Shown: piece after piece, positions 38,736 to 51,388 of the stretch
Position numbering within the stretch: the first letter of the stretch is position 1
Layout: the number at the start of each line of letters is the position of its first letter
Assembly (NCBI GenBank): GCA_002633005.1
Contig: NMRA01000183.1
Coordinates: 215,640-279,639 of the forward strand
DNA from: Phoronis australis
Lineage: Eukaryota; Animalia; Phoronida
DNA length: 64,000 nt
Direction: 5' to 3'
The notes under the pieces: model-generated
The model's database searches: none
The model's input: only the letters and a program-made list of their open reading frames with translations
What the model was told of the DNA's origin: nothing
Position numbers and translations under genes: made by a program

Positions 38736-38861
38736 CTGAACTATAGGCCGTATTCTTTCTTTCAATTTTACAATTTCAGAACACAAAATAGCTAAGCAAC
38801 ATTTCCTAAATTTCAGTCCCTGATGGCTCGTTCGAGTTCGGGTGCGAATTGCTGACTAGTA

Positions 38862-39073
38862 CATGCGCGCAACTGGAGGTGCTCGGGGGGTGAATAATCA
38901 AGGCATAGGCCCTGAACAAACCTCTTTTCCGTTTTTTTTAGTCAACAGATCCGCAAATTCAAAAATTCGAGACCCCTGCATCCCCACATTTTAGGCTGGG
39001 TGCGCGCATCTGCCGAAATTCTGGTTATTCCTGTGCCCTGCCCCCCTAACTCAAAATCCTGGATCCGCCCGTG
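38862..39073. mobile_element. Composite of CATGCGCGCA-type MITE and a CTGGATCCGCCC end
   Basis: catgcgcgca (38862) ... ctgggtgcgcgcat (39009), then cctggatccgcccgtg (39073); no TSD seen. Confidence 0.65.
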
Positions 39074-40170
39074 AATCTTCAATAAGTTCATATTTTATTG
39101 ACTCACTGGGCTGTGGTCTATAGTATAAGATGTCTATGATCTACGCTCTTTCACAGTGCTACGGAAGGTAGCTATATCATATAGATATCATATTACTATA
39201 GACCGGGCGCACGCGCTATTGCAGCTGACAACTTGACACCATATTGGAGAGTGCTGCTAGTCACGTGACACGGCTAAATGCCATGTAAACAAACGGGACA
39301 AATTGCTTCTCTAACAAATAAAGAGACGGAAGAGTGTGACTTTTTTCCAGAAACAAATAAATATATGGTGTCGCAATTTCATGCGGTTTTTTAAGAGTCA
39401 ATCAGTCGATAGGGAAAATATCAAACTAATAGAAGATCGCAACTAGCGGCAGATTCTCGAATTGTCTGAGCGGTTGCACGCTTGTTATCCACTGCGAGCG
39501 TTTTAATTTTTTTCGTTTTTTCAAGAGAAACCAGTAAGATCGTGCAAATTTATCATTTAATTCGTGTCGCTCCATGCAAATACATTATATCCAGGAAACG
39601 TGCTGTTCACTTGGGACGTACTTTTGTTGTGGTCCAATAAGCCTTAGTTTTCAGTGTTGAAAATGAACCGGATAGCTACGTAAAATTGAAATACGACCCA
39701 GATCGCATTTAAGGGGGGTTTAAATTTAATGTGAACTAACACTGTGAAAAATGACCTCATTGAAGTGATATAGATAAATGACAGGTTTTTAAAGTTCATT
39801 AGGACGTTCTCCCGTTCCGTGACTTTACAAAACGTACAGCGGTTGTGAGTGTGTGATAACGTCTAGCCCTTTCGTTAACTGCCGAGCACAGTCTTTTGTC
39901 CGGTAAGACAACACGCAGATCAATTATCTACCAGGCTTATTACCGATCGAACACAATCAAACACAGAACGTTGGTACGTTCGAACAGAATAGATTGCCTT
40001 AACTTCGATTGTATGATTGGGCGATTTTGGTGATTCAAAATCTTTCAGCATTATCAGTATTTGGGAATTCAGAAATGTCATTGGTTTATGTTCAAACATT
40101 TTATAACTTAACTTATTTTTAACACCACACTAACCCAGTGAGTCAATAAGATATGATCTTATTGGAGATT
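39074..40170. mobile_element. 1.1-kb non-autonomous element with 37-bp TIRs and a subterminal hairpin
   Basis: aatcttcaataagttcatattttattgactcactggg pairs with cccagtgagtcaataagatatgatcttattggagatt; internal palindrome ggtctatagta...tactatagacc at 39116-39204. Confidence 0.85.
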
Positions 40171-41040
40171 AGAGCAACTATTGAACAAAAGAGAGCTTAC
40201 TCTCCCTTCCTAATTGCCAGAATGGACTTAATTAGTCGTCGGTGTAAATTGTTGGCTATGTACAGCGGTCGTCCGGCGCCAACTTGTGCTATGCAACCTA
40301 ACAAGTTTAGACTAGACGGGAGAATGTAAAAAGCAAAGAACATAGACTCAATTCCTCTCCTGTGCATCGCTCGGGATTGCCAACGGACAAATATTCTTCT
40401 CTCACGGATCTGAAGTCACCCCTGATCAAGCACCAGGCACTTGTCGGCGTTTTGTAGTATCCCCAAACCGTGTAATTATGTGCTTACAAAGAGATCAGCC
40501 CCCCTCTCACACATTATTTTGAACCGTTCCTATCCATCCCTGCCCTTAATCTGATATACGCACTGCGCGTCCCTCAGCCGAGAAATTTAAGATAAATTCT
40601 TCCACATGCACGCTTCTCCTTAGTTCTCACGGTTCCAAATTTGACTTTTATAGTAAGAAACCTTGGCAAGGAAGATTCTTAACATGTGTCCAATTATTTT
40701 GGATTAGTCTTCAAGCAGTTCAGTAGTCAAATATTAGATCCTGGCACGAGCAGTGTAAAAATGGCCAGTTGCCAAGCTGGGCAACTGAACGACGGACTGT
40801 TCGAAAAATTGTAATTGTTTTCGCTTCAGCCCAGCTTCCCCACATCATATTCCTTGTCTGCACGCCGTTCAGTACTTTCACTCCCTAACTGCGACATATA
40901 TTGAAAAAGCAAGATTTCCATTGCCGTGCGTTACTCAGGTAACCCCCACACCCAAACATCCGCATATCGAACATTGTTGAAAGATCGCCAATTGGCGGGA
41001 ATAGTGTCTGCTTATCCCAACCCCCTGTTGTGGAAGAACC

Positions 41041-41405
41041 CAGTGGCGGATTTAGAGGGAGGTCAAGACCCTCCTAAAACTCTCCCAGATTCCATTTGGC
41101 AGTTCGGGGGTGCGAAAGTCCGACGGGCAAAATCCTGGCGCGCACCCCTCATTTGGCGAAGTGGTGAAAAGGTCCTCCTTAGGGAAACAAAAAGTCCGAG
41201 GAACGAGACAAAAGTCCACAGGAATTCGTCGCGAATGCACAATGCACGGGATTGAACCTTGTACCCCGTTTTTTAGTACTCGTCTTCTTGTTCCAGAAAG
41301 AGGTCTACATACCGCGAAATTCAAGTCTCCCCTATATTTTAGACTGGGTGCACGCATGTGATCCTCTGCCTTGCCCCTCAAATCAAAATTCTGGATCCGC
41401 CCCTG
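41041..41405. mobile_element. MITE with CAGTGGCGGAT-type TIR and 5-bp TSD GAACC
   Basis: gaacc|cagtggcggatttag ... ctggatccgcccctg|gaacc. Confidence 0.9.
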
Positions 41406-44043
41406 GAACCGTTGGATAATGACGGGGCGGGTTTTCACGGACGCGAGGTCATTTTTTCATGGGCTAAAAATTCTTCACAATAAATTTAGACACTGAAAAA
41501 ACTAGCCGGGTCATTTTTCACGGGGTCATTGTTTAATGCTACACCGGCTCGGTCGGGTATATTTCCACTCGGTTTCAAGTGAGAAATTCTGTATTTTGGG
41601 TAACGGTTGATGCGCAATTCAGTCCTAGAGGTTTGATATTTTGGTTACTATGCACTTTACTTGTTTGCGCAAGTTTTGAGTCATAAAACAAAGAGCTCGT
41701 AAGCAAGCAGTGCAAATCCACAAAATTTCCAATATCAACTTTAACATAAGTACAGATTTTGCAGGGGTATGTTCGTTTCAATACAACAGGAGAAAACTGA
41801 TTTTGGAATACGTATTAATAAATGAGATTTTAAAGCAGTATATATTTCAACAGAGAATACACAATTCACTTAGATTACTGATTTTGATGGCTAGCAAGTA
41901 GGTTCGGGGATGTCATTTTTCAGAACAAGTAAAAATACATGTGATTGTCATTGATACCAAATATTTACCTAGTAAGTACAATTAACAAACAGCATCATCA
42001 TTGGATAACAGCATATGCTGGTCAATAATTATCTTTTAATTGATCTTATATGGTGTCAATCACCAAGACTGATGTGGAAACAACGCATAATCGCTCCACT
42101 TAAACTATGGTGGCAGAACATAAAAAATGGTGGCAGCACCTCTAAACTCCATGGCCGAACCAAAAAAACCCATGACTCAAAGGCAGGAGCAAAAAAATAA
42201 CTCTTTTGCTGCAAGCATAACACTGCGAGCCCGCAGATTTTCTGACTGATGCCGTAGGGCTCCCAGAGTTTTCCGCCTTTTTTGTCCCGTGTAGCACTCT
42301 CCAATATGGCGTCATATTGACAACGCGAGCTGCATGTATCTGAGTGCGGCGCGCCCGGTCCATGTGATGTCCATGAGCTATACTTTTCCGTATAGGTGGC
42401 CCTGTGTCAGAGGGTAACCACGGGCTTGATATCGATCCGCAGACGAGTCTGCATCATTCTCTGGTTGTAGTTGGGTGTAGTAATAGCTTTCGAAACCTTC
42501 TTAGCATTTTGGCCGCCACTGACCACACTGACCACCGCAACTGAACATAAGATTACAGTACCAAGCGTATCCAAGAGGACGTTTAAAATACATTGATTTT
42601 ACTTTCCATTGACAAACTATTGCGAGTTAGACTTTGTTATGGTAAACTAAGCATTGATCAATATCAACCAGCATATTGAATGATCTGGCACCATCTAATG
42701 ATGATGTCCCAGAAGTGTCGGCAAAAAATTCGAATGCAGTAAAATTGACGAAGAATGCGATAAACTGATTACTCCAAGTATCTGTCCGAAATTTGAGCAT
42801 AAAGTTTTCTGATGAATAAAAATGGGCAAACATCCATCATATAGCTTTGGAGTGTATTTCGGGTACCTCAATACATTGTTTGCAGTGTAGGATATTCTAC
42901 ACATGATTAGAAATAGAATAATTTCTTCAGAAAATAAAAGTTAGTGATCCTGATATATGTAGTGCATGATACCGTAAACCAAGGACTTTGAAATACATTT
43001 CACGATTGTTATGCAGCTAAAGAAAGTAGAGTATGGGAAATAATAATATTCATAACGGATGGGTGAAATGTTTGCTGCAACACGCAAACACGTCCTGACA
43101 GCGTTTTTTGACGAACGGGAGATGTATTATACGAAAGTGCTTGGCCAAGTTTTCTGTTTTTTAGTTGAATGGGAAATTGTGGGTACCGCATAAACCAATA
43201 AAACGCCCTGCTTGCTCATTTTAGCCGAGTGGCAAAGTATAGTAATCTTGTCACGTGGGAAATTGCAATAGTATACGATATGTGATTTGGCCGTTTGTCA
43301 AAAAGCGGCACATTTAATGGTGAGGCAGGATGGTGGGAAAAATTCAAAAGTGGCCAAGTTCGCCAAAAGTGGGCCAGTCCACCTTAAGTGGCGCCGTCCG
43401 CCTAAAGTGGCCCAGTCCGCCTTGAGCGTCACAAAGTATTTTATTGGATTATTTTACAAGGTAAACTTTTCATTTTTTAATTTTTTCACAAGTGTAGAAA
43501 AATAATATAGACAACAGTAGACCTACTACTCAAAAATCGAATCAACAAACAACGGCATCTTGGCAACATGTAACCAGTGCACGTGTGAATTAACATACAT
43601 GTAGAAACAATTCAAAACCGTAATAATATACGCACACATACACCGGCTTAGGCACGCAACTACAGGTATATGTACTTTTTAAAGTTACGTAAACATACCT
43701 GTTTTATGGCCTAAGCTTTTCATATAAGCCTACAATTACAGAACAAACATTCAGAAACCATAAGTGACCATTGCTCAGTACTTCTGTCATCTCCGTGAGA
43801 GTCACCAACAGACACTGTCTTTACAACACCGGTTAGGAGATATGTGATAGAAGGTTATAAACCGATTTCTGATAAAAGTCCTGAGTGAAAACCATTTTAC
43901 TGATTTTAAATGTTCAAAAATATTTCAAAGTTATATTTCTATCACGCTTTCTGACACCTTGCTTAAAGTGACAAGATTAAAACATCTGCAGAATTCGAAC
44001 ACATACAGGCAAGGCGACATCAGCATGTACTGCGCCTGTTAGC

Positions 44044-44611
44044 ATAGCAACATTTATACTGGAAATTGTTTCTTTTATCTTTGCCACCAAGAGTCAAATC
44101 GAATGTGGATTTTAATGTTTTAGACCCCGGGGCGGGAAATAACATTCTTGCTCGATGCCAGTAGGAATGGCAAATGATATGATTGCAGCATGGAAATCTG
44201 CTATGGTAATCTATAGCGTCTTTTTCCAGACGTGGGTGTGGATGTACTGATTTAAAAAATGAGATCTCACATAAATAGCCCCAAAGAGAAGGATGAGCAA
44301 TTAGGCGTTGTCAGATAGATATGTTTTTCGTCTATCTGATCACGCCTACTCCCTGATCCTACTCTCTGATCCTTCTCTCTGTCTATAATTATGTGAAACT
44401 CATTTTTGAAATACACCCATACCGACTTCTGACAAAGACGTTGATTGTTGCGGCAGCAGATTTCCATGCTGTGATCATCTCATTTGCCATTCCTGGTGGC
44501 TTCGAACTGGGATGTGATTTCCTGCCCGGGGTATAAAACAAAAAAATCACAGTCGATTTGATTCTTGTTGGCAAAGATAAAAGAAACAATCCTCAGTATA
44601 AGTGTTGCTAT
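44044..44611. mobile_element. Foldback palindromic element, ~570 bp
   Basis: atagcaacatttatactg...attgtttcttttatctttgcca pairs with tggcaaagataaaagaaacaat..cagtataagtgttgctat; pairing continues to the centre tcagataga..tctatctga (~44325). Confidence 0.92.
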
Positions 44612-45686
44612 AAGAGAAAATTGATTTCAAAATAAGCTCGGACGTTATCTGCCTTCCCACGATAGAACAAGTGCCGCTTAGTATCTCTGCCCGCTTGTGT
44701 CCCTCACTCGTAAGTGAAGTCAGCAGTCATGCTATTAAAGTGTCAACAATAACGCCAGTGCAGTTTTGGCCGGGGGGTAACTCAAACCTCTGGGCTTTGC
44801 GCCGGCAAAAGTAACTATTTTGGCCAAGACAGTTCACTGCTCTAGCGGACGTTTTTGCTGTTGGGAAAGTGCTAGCGAGCGAAACAGCATTTTAGCCAGC
44901 ACATGAACCGAGTATTGTTAAGCAACTTTCAAACCTGACAAGATTATAACAACCAGAGTGTTATCTTGTATCAAAAATATAAAGTGACCGAAAATAACCC
45001 CAAATATGGCAAGCCTCCTGTGGTCTACGATCCATTGCCTAACAAAAAAACTGACTTTTGATTTAGAACGTACAGTTTCCGTTACGCAGTTGATCGAGAA
45101 TTTGCTTCTCACTAAAATCATGACGTCTACTATGATAAGCAAGTTCATGTTCACGATAGAGAAGATCTCAGATCTAGAAGAAAATGCATTGCTCGAGACC
45201 AGACTCTACATGGTATGCAGTAATAAGCTTGACATGCCGGGTCATGCGATAAGCGGAGCATGACCTAGAGAGGTAACGCCAAATTTCCCAAGCCCAGAAA
45301 TCATTTCTAAACTGAGAAAAATAGATGCTCAGGTGAACTTCTATAGTGTGGCACTCAAGCTTCCTTAGCGTGACTTTTGCATGCGTAGAAGAATGAATCA
45401 AGGCACTTTACAACGATATTGCTGCAGGATGGAAATATTCTGCTCCTTTATCAAGCAATGTGGATCTTAAAACAAACAATCTGAGTCAATATTTGGTAAA
45501 GGAAGATTAAATAACATCACGTCATGAGGCTCTATCATTGCAATTGCCGTAATACTTTATGGTAACTAGAAACTTAGCGACTGCGCAAACGCGTCGTCTG
45601 TACCTACCAACTCTCTATTTATCGCAGCTTGAACTCTATTCATATCTCGCTTTATGTGCCCTACTAAAATAACAAACGAGTGGGTT

Positions 45687-45694
45687 TATAAAAG
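45687..45694 (+). promoter_or_regulatory. Candidate TATA box for the ankyrin gene
   Basis: TATAAAAG ~300 bp upstream of the ATG; motif match only. Confidence 0.3.
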
Positions 45695-45988
45695 GAACAG
45701 AGATTTATTTGCTCAATACTATGGAGTGACAACGCTTAAATCGTTCGAAAGGCTATTCAATCAACGATTTATTCTCGCTACATAATACCTTCTATTGTCG
45801 GTGACCTTCACAACAAAGTTTACTCGCAATATAATACGTGAATCAGTTTGGAAACGCAGTGAATTAAACAGACCAATGTTTGCGGAGACGTTGTACCGTG
45901 CTAGCAACCACAAACAACGGCGCTTCAGCTTTTGGATTCGGAGTTCTGAGCGAGGATAGACGAAGAAAGGGCGATACAAGCCGCTGTG

Positions 45989-47182
45989 ATGATGGCATCA
46001 CCACTGCTTAGCAAACGTCCTGTTAAGACGGCACTTCACCAGGCAGTCATAGATGGGAGATTAAAGCAAGTACGACTACTTGTTGGTAGCAAATATCATG
46101 CAGGAATTGATGTGAAAGACATACATGGAAGAACACCCTTGATGCTAGCGTGCCTGTTAGAAAATGAACTCGTTGGTTGGAAAATGGTAAAGATACTGTT
46201 GTCTGCTGGTGTGAATTGTAATGTTACCGACAAGTTGGGAAGATCAGCTTTGAGCTATGTGTGTCTAAAAGGTTACGATACTATTTTGAAGAAATTGCTC
46301 AAAGAGGACATTATGGACTTTAACTCTCCTGATAACGACGGCAATCCGCCAATAAACCTGGCAGCAATGAGCGGAAACCCGGCTGTGGTAAAACTATTAA
46401 TTGACGTGCTTCACAGGTTTGGACTGTCAGTAGACTACCGTAATTTACTAGGTTACACTGCTCTACTGCTGGCGACAAAATATGGTCACTATGTTTCAGC
46501 CCACTTGCTTGTAACACAAGGTGGCGCCTCTCCAATGTTGAGAGACAATGAGATGTTTCTCAATGCTGCCGAGTGGGCAAGTCGCAGTCATATTTTACAG
46601 GCGCAGTTGGTAAAAGCAAAGTCAAACAGGACTTTTCATCAGAGACACAAGTCTGCCCCCGCAATGTCTTTCTCTAGAGAAAGTACCCTCTACGATGGGC
46701 CAAACACGGCACGCGAGTACACGTGCCAGCACGTGAAAACGAGACCTGATCCGTTTGGCTCGTATTTTCACTTACCGACAATTTTCCGAACTCAAGGAGT
46801 CGAGACGCCCTTGCATAACGAAGCATTTGTTGGAAACGCAGATGCAAGAAAATCGCTATTAGACGCAATTGATGAAATTACCAAAACAAGGCCAACGTCT
46901 GCTGCATCGTCGAATGTCTCGCGAATTAGTCACCCATCGTCTGTCAAGCTAATGGCGTTGTCCCCTCGTAGTAGGGCTGTTAAGATGGTCTCCGATCTGG
47001 AACTCCTGTTTAAAATTTATTCTGATCAGTATCCCGAAATGCTGAGGAGACAGAAAACAGAACGCAGTGCCTCTGTGAAATCAGAAGCGCCCGTGCACGT
47101 GCACGCACCAGTGAATACGAAGCTTCTGTCGGTGAAAAAGCCTCCTTCGTCGCCTCGAAAATCGATAGTGGCGGCAAACTGA
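45989..47182 (+). CDS. Ankyrin-repeat protein, ANKRD63/ANKRD34-like, single exon
   Basis: Five ankyrin repeats (TALHQAV, GRTPLMLA, GRSALSYV, GNPPINLAA, GYTALLLA) with an 'LHRFGLSVDYRN' linker resembling ANKRD63, then a Ser/basic low-complexity tail. The first ATG is at 45989 (the ORF track starts at GTG 45986). AATAAA at 47208 and 47240. Confidence 0.92.
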   Translation: MMASPLLSKRPVKTALHQAVIDGRLKQVRLLVGSKYHAGIDVKDIHGRTPLMLACLLENELVGWKMVKILLSAGVNCNVTDKLGRSALSYVCLKGYDTILKKLLKEDIMDFNSPDNDGNPPINLAAMSGNPAVVKLLIDVLHRFGLSVDYRNLLGYTALLLATKYGHYVSAHLLVTQGGASPMLRDNEMFLNAAEWASRSHILQAQLVKAKSNRTFHQRHKSAPAMSFSRESTLYDGPNTAREYTCQHVKTRPDPFGSYFHLPTIFRTQGVETPLHNEAFVGNADARKSLLDAIDEITKTRPTSAASSNVSRISHPSSVKLMALSPRSRAVKMVSDLELLFKIYSDQYPEMLRRQKTERSASVKSEAPVHVHAPVNTKLLSVKKPPSSPRKSIVAAN

Positions 47183-47299
47183 GAGTCCTTATTCCTTAAC
47201 GAATGGCAATAAATTCGGCTGGCAGACTGGAGATGTTCGAATAAAATCAAAGTCAAATATAAAACAAGCATTTATTCTCTAGATATTAACACGAGTAAA

Positions 47300-47340
47300 T
47301 ACACGAGCTTTCGAGTAATTACAGCTCTTCGTCAGGTGAA
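47300..47340 (-). ncRNA. Minimal type I hammerhead ribozyme motif (Penelope-like)
   Basis: Minus-strand RNA reads UUCAC-CUGACGA-A-GAG-cuguaauua-CUC-GAA-AGCU-C/GUGUA: intact core, stem II GAG/CUC, palindromic stem III AGCU, stem I CAC/GUG. AATAAA follows at 47276-47271. Confidence 0.7.
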
Positions 47341-48416
47341 TGAAAAGTCGAAGACCTGCTATTTCCTAAAAGTTAATTTACTTAACCTGTAGTTATTTCT
47401 GGAGAAAAAGGCGAGTTTTATACTTGAAATTTTTGGTTCTAGGAAATGGTCCAACCGCATACTTTCTGTTTGCAGTCTTGCAAGACTTAAAATTGAAGAT
47501 AAAAATAGTCACATGTATGTTGAAATTAATGTTTTCAAAACCGGAAATAACGACGAGGTCATGGACAGAATTTGAAGAACCTAAAACTATAATCAAGACA
47601 ATCCATACGAAAAAGCTAAGACGACTGAGAAAAATACTCAGTGGAGGGTTTAATCGTTTAAATGTACGCGAAACCATTCACTTATCTGTGATTTTTTTTT
47701 ACTAAGAAATCAATTGCAACAAAATCCAAAAATTTGCTGCACAAAGTTTGTTACTCTGTCGATCCTTCGGGCACATTATCCACGAGCAGTAGCGAAGCGC
47801 AAGGTTGGCAAGTGTATAATTGAAATTTAATACTGAAGGTAAAAGCAAGTACCTAGTAAAACAGAAATACGTACAGAGTGAAGCAAAAGTATTTAATAGC
47901 TCGGGCGATTCATGTTAACATTCTGTGCCTTGGACATATTCGTGTACATGGTGTTTCTTAGTGAACCAAGAGTGCTTTTTCGTTGTGAACCGTGTCTTGA
48001 TGAACGTGCAATAAATCTGTGAAAACAACAACTTTAATGCATGTACTCCTGACCATTTTTATCATTATTGTACGACTTATCTGAATTGGGTTTACACGGA
48101 TTCGTAGGAAAACTACTTCTGTGTTGAAAAAGAGTGCTTTTATCAACACGATTAACAATCCATTTTTAAATTGATACTTGGTACATATCTCATCGACTGC
48201 GATCACGCTTTAAGACCTAGGCAGGACCTAACAAAAATGTCCACATTTGGAACAACATATCTCCCAAAATATAAATTACAGTTGCCTAAATACTAAACGA
48301 AGTAGCATTTTAGAAAACTGTAACACGGTTTGTGAAATCTCACATTTAACATTGATACATGTATCACAAAAAGTTGACCATGGTAATATCGATACCATTG
48401 GTATGCTAAATTTTAA

Positions 48417-48870
48417 TTAAGACAGTCACGTGACCCAGTAAACAACGAGTTGGCGAAAAGTCAAAATCAAATTTTGCAAGGTTTCTTCTTTCAGAAAATG
48501 CGTATTTTACAGAGTTAAAATCTTTCATATGTTTAGCTAAATACCCACTCTTGTCAATCAAGTCCCACATAATCGTAACTCTTTTTCTGTTTCCCTAAGG
48601 AAAACCAGCTGTTTCACTCGTTTTTATACTTTTACAACAGGTAGCTACGCATTACATGATTATGCAGTTTCTGTTGATATCTCGCAAAACCATTAATTTG
48701 AAAATCTTTAAACTGAATGTATTTGAATTGTACAATTGATATCTTTTGATCCTCCTTTGTAAAAACGCAATAGCGCTACATAGAATCTCGACATTATCGG
48801 TTCAGTAACGGCCGACAAACGCATTTTGGGATAAAGTTGGCTGAGATAGATCTGAGGATAGCTTTAACCA
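48417..48870 (+). mobile_element. TTAA-flanked repeat terminus related to 27120-27348
   Basis: ttaagacagtcacgtgaccc..ttggcgaaaagtc..ttcagaaaatg..tttagctaaata shared with the 27120-27348 copy. Confidence 0.6.
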
Positions 48871-49512
48871 AAACAATCCGTTGTGTTTTCCCCTGCAGGC
48901 ACATGACATCCATACGAGGTCGCTTTTTGTTGACACTAGGTGAAAATAACTCATGGACTTCGTGACGACTTCAAAAGGGGACGTTTTGTCAACGTCGGAA
49001 ATATAACGTCGTCTCGACGTTGGTATACGGTCGCAACTTTATCCCGGCGTGGTTACAAGTTCATTAGTTTTGTTGAACTTATAAATTTCGACGTCGCATC
49101 GACGTTAGTTTTTTGTCGGACAACCATTCCAACGTAATTTCACCTTCCAGTGATTTGTTAAGAGGCCGCAAGTCGAGTTACTGATCGCCGGTTCAGCTCA
49201 ATCCCTACGTGAGTACCGCTCCCACTGTGCAAAAAGTGTACTTTGAAAATCCACTTTACATGGTTTCTGACTGTTTCAAGGAAACTGTTTTAATCTCATT
49301 AGATGGGGGAAATGTAAAAATACTCGGCAATAATTTACAATGCAGCATATCACATCCAGAAGTCCGTGCAATTCCGCATTTTCTCGCAAGAGGTCGCTTT
49401 GCAGACCAAACCGTTGTATACAGTTAATGTACACGTGTTGAACATGAATGCAGGCTGAATGGTGTTATCTGAATTCCTCTGCAGATGCCACAACACTGGG
49501 AGCGTAGCATTG

Positions 49513-49650
49513 CGTCCCGGATTCTATGTGTCCCGGGTTCTTTGTGTCTCAGTTCTTATGTGCCCCGTGTTCTATGTGTCCCGTTTGAAGGATTTCGAGT
49601 TCTATATGTCCCAGGTCATTTCTATGTGCCCCGGGTTCTACGTGTCCCGG
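49513..49650. repeat. ~16-bp minisatellite (TCCCGGGTTCTATGTG), ~8 degenerate copies
   Basis: gtcccggattctatgtgtcccgggttctttgtg... seen directly. Confidence 0.85.
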
Positions 49651-50959
49651 TCTTTTGCGTTGCGATAGTCCAGGCGCTAAGCGGACGAGTGTGCAAGTTT
49701 TAGCTACATTCGCCATGTTAGGCCCACATGACAATTTTGGGATGCTTTTTCGATCCTCATGCAGGGCAAAAGTTCCACAAAGTAATGCCTCATAAACAAA
49801 TGCCTTCTAGACCTTTTCAACACTCCAATTGCTACAGTACAGAGTCAACCACACAAAACCCATAAAGTCCGGAAATTACGCTTAAGGTGATGTAGTCTCA
49901 TTGCGAAAAAGGGATTTCGCAATGTCGCTGACAACACTGTACATTTCTTCTTCTTCACAAACTTGAGGTGCCTGTTTTTACGGAGAAGTTTGCACGGAGA
50001 ATTATGTACCACACCAATGTTCTTCTCATCAAATAACACAAAATGAAAAAAATTGGTTTGTCAGTTCCAACTAGACAGCTTTTTTGGAATGAAATGGTCA
50101 TGGAAAAAATGCTTTTGCAACATGGTTTGCGGTTACAGTTGTACATACCACATCAGTAACGAAATTACCCATGGGAACCATAAAATGGTCAATTCGTCAA
50201 AAAACCAAGAAGTCACCAGAGCTAATGTGCCAACACTTTTCAGTACTGCAACAAAAAATTATTTGAAGTGGACATCTCTATAAGATGGCTTGTCTAATAG
50301 TGTGGGATTTTATGCACACATCATGGTCTCAAGGCATAGCAAACTGTCAATTCGATGGAATTCCAGAAATCACTTCCCATATGGATAAGGAAGAAATTGA
50401 GGAAAGTTTATAGAGGTACATGTAAATGGTCTAAATCAAAAGTTACCTTCTCGACGGAATGCGTGTTTACAACCCAGGCAGAAAGATACATGAGCAAAAC
50501 CAGCCAAACCGCAACAGGGGCTCAAATGTCAGCAATAAATACTCATTTATAAACAAAAATCCATTGTGGTAAATAAAACGCGGAAACATAAATTTAGATC
50601 AGTTACACAATATCAAGGAAAAGAAACAGTGCAGTGGTCAGATATCACGAAACAAACGTCTAAATATAATGGCCACAATGAGAAATCCTGTCAGACCAAA
50701 AAATCCAGTTGCTCAACAAAAAGAACAAGATTTCATGACTATGTGGCTGTACCAACTTAATCCACTGGCCCAAGGATCATGATCGGTGGCTGGACAAAAA
50801 TTAAATCCAGGTAAATTTAGATGTGTGCTGTTCACACAGCATTTCGGATGCAAACAAAGCTTGTAACAACACACAAGCCTACTTCCATACATGGCTGTAC
50901 TGACATAATAATGCCACCACTGGATTTAGCAGATCAGCCAGAGTATTTAAAGGTCCAGC

Positions 50960-51388
50960 CACCGTACTGTTGCCTCTCTTTGAATTTTTACAATGCTACA
51001 TCCTTGACGATCTCAAAGCACAGATTGTCTCTTTCCAGTGCATACTCCACTTCCTCTGTCATATCTCTTATATCCAAGTGTTCCATTTTCCTACATTTGT
51101 TGAGAGTGGCCTATCTCAACAAATTACGTTGGACCTGTTGTGGTATAAGCCAGTAATCTTTGGCAAATACTTTTTCCACGACTCGTTCCTCAAGTTACAA
51201 ATTCTCTTTGACACATCTTCTGGGGGTTGACTTTTCGGCCTTTCTCTCTAGCACCCTCACTTAGTTGTCCAGAAGGAATTTTTCAACGGTTAAGGGTAAA
51301 TCCTTGCTGATTTTGAACTTTCCATACTCAAACTTTACTAGTAATCAGCAGGTCTTCAACTTCTTCACCATAAGCCTTTCCTGATTCC
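50960..51388 (-). pseudogene. Decayed C-terminal exon of a large DNA-transposon-like ORF, superfamily unassigned
   Basis: After a ttttag acceptor, frameshifted VEKFLLDN*/EGAREKGRKVN/PEDVSKRICNLRNES/KVFAKDYWLIPQQVQRNLLR*A. This resembles a recurrent GxxxGxKxxPxxVxxxxRxxRxxxGxxxFxxxxWLxxxQ motif recalled from invertebrate transposon proteins. Confidence 0.5.
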
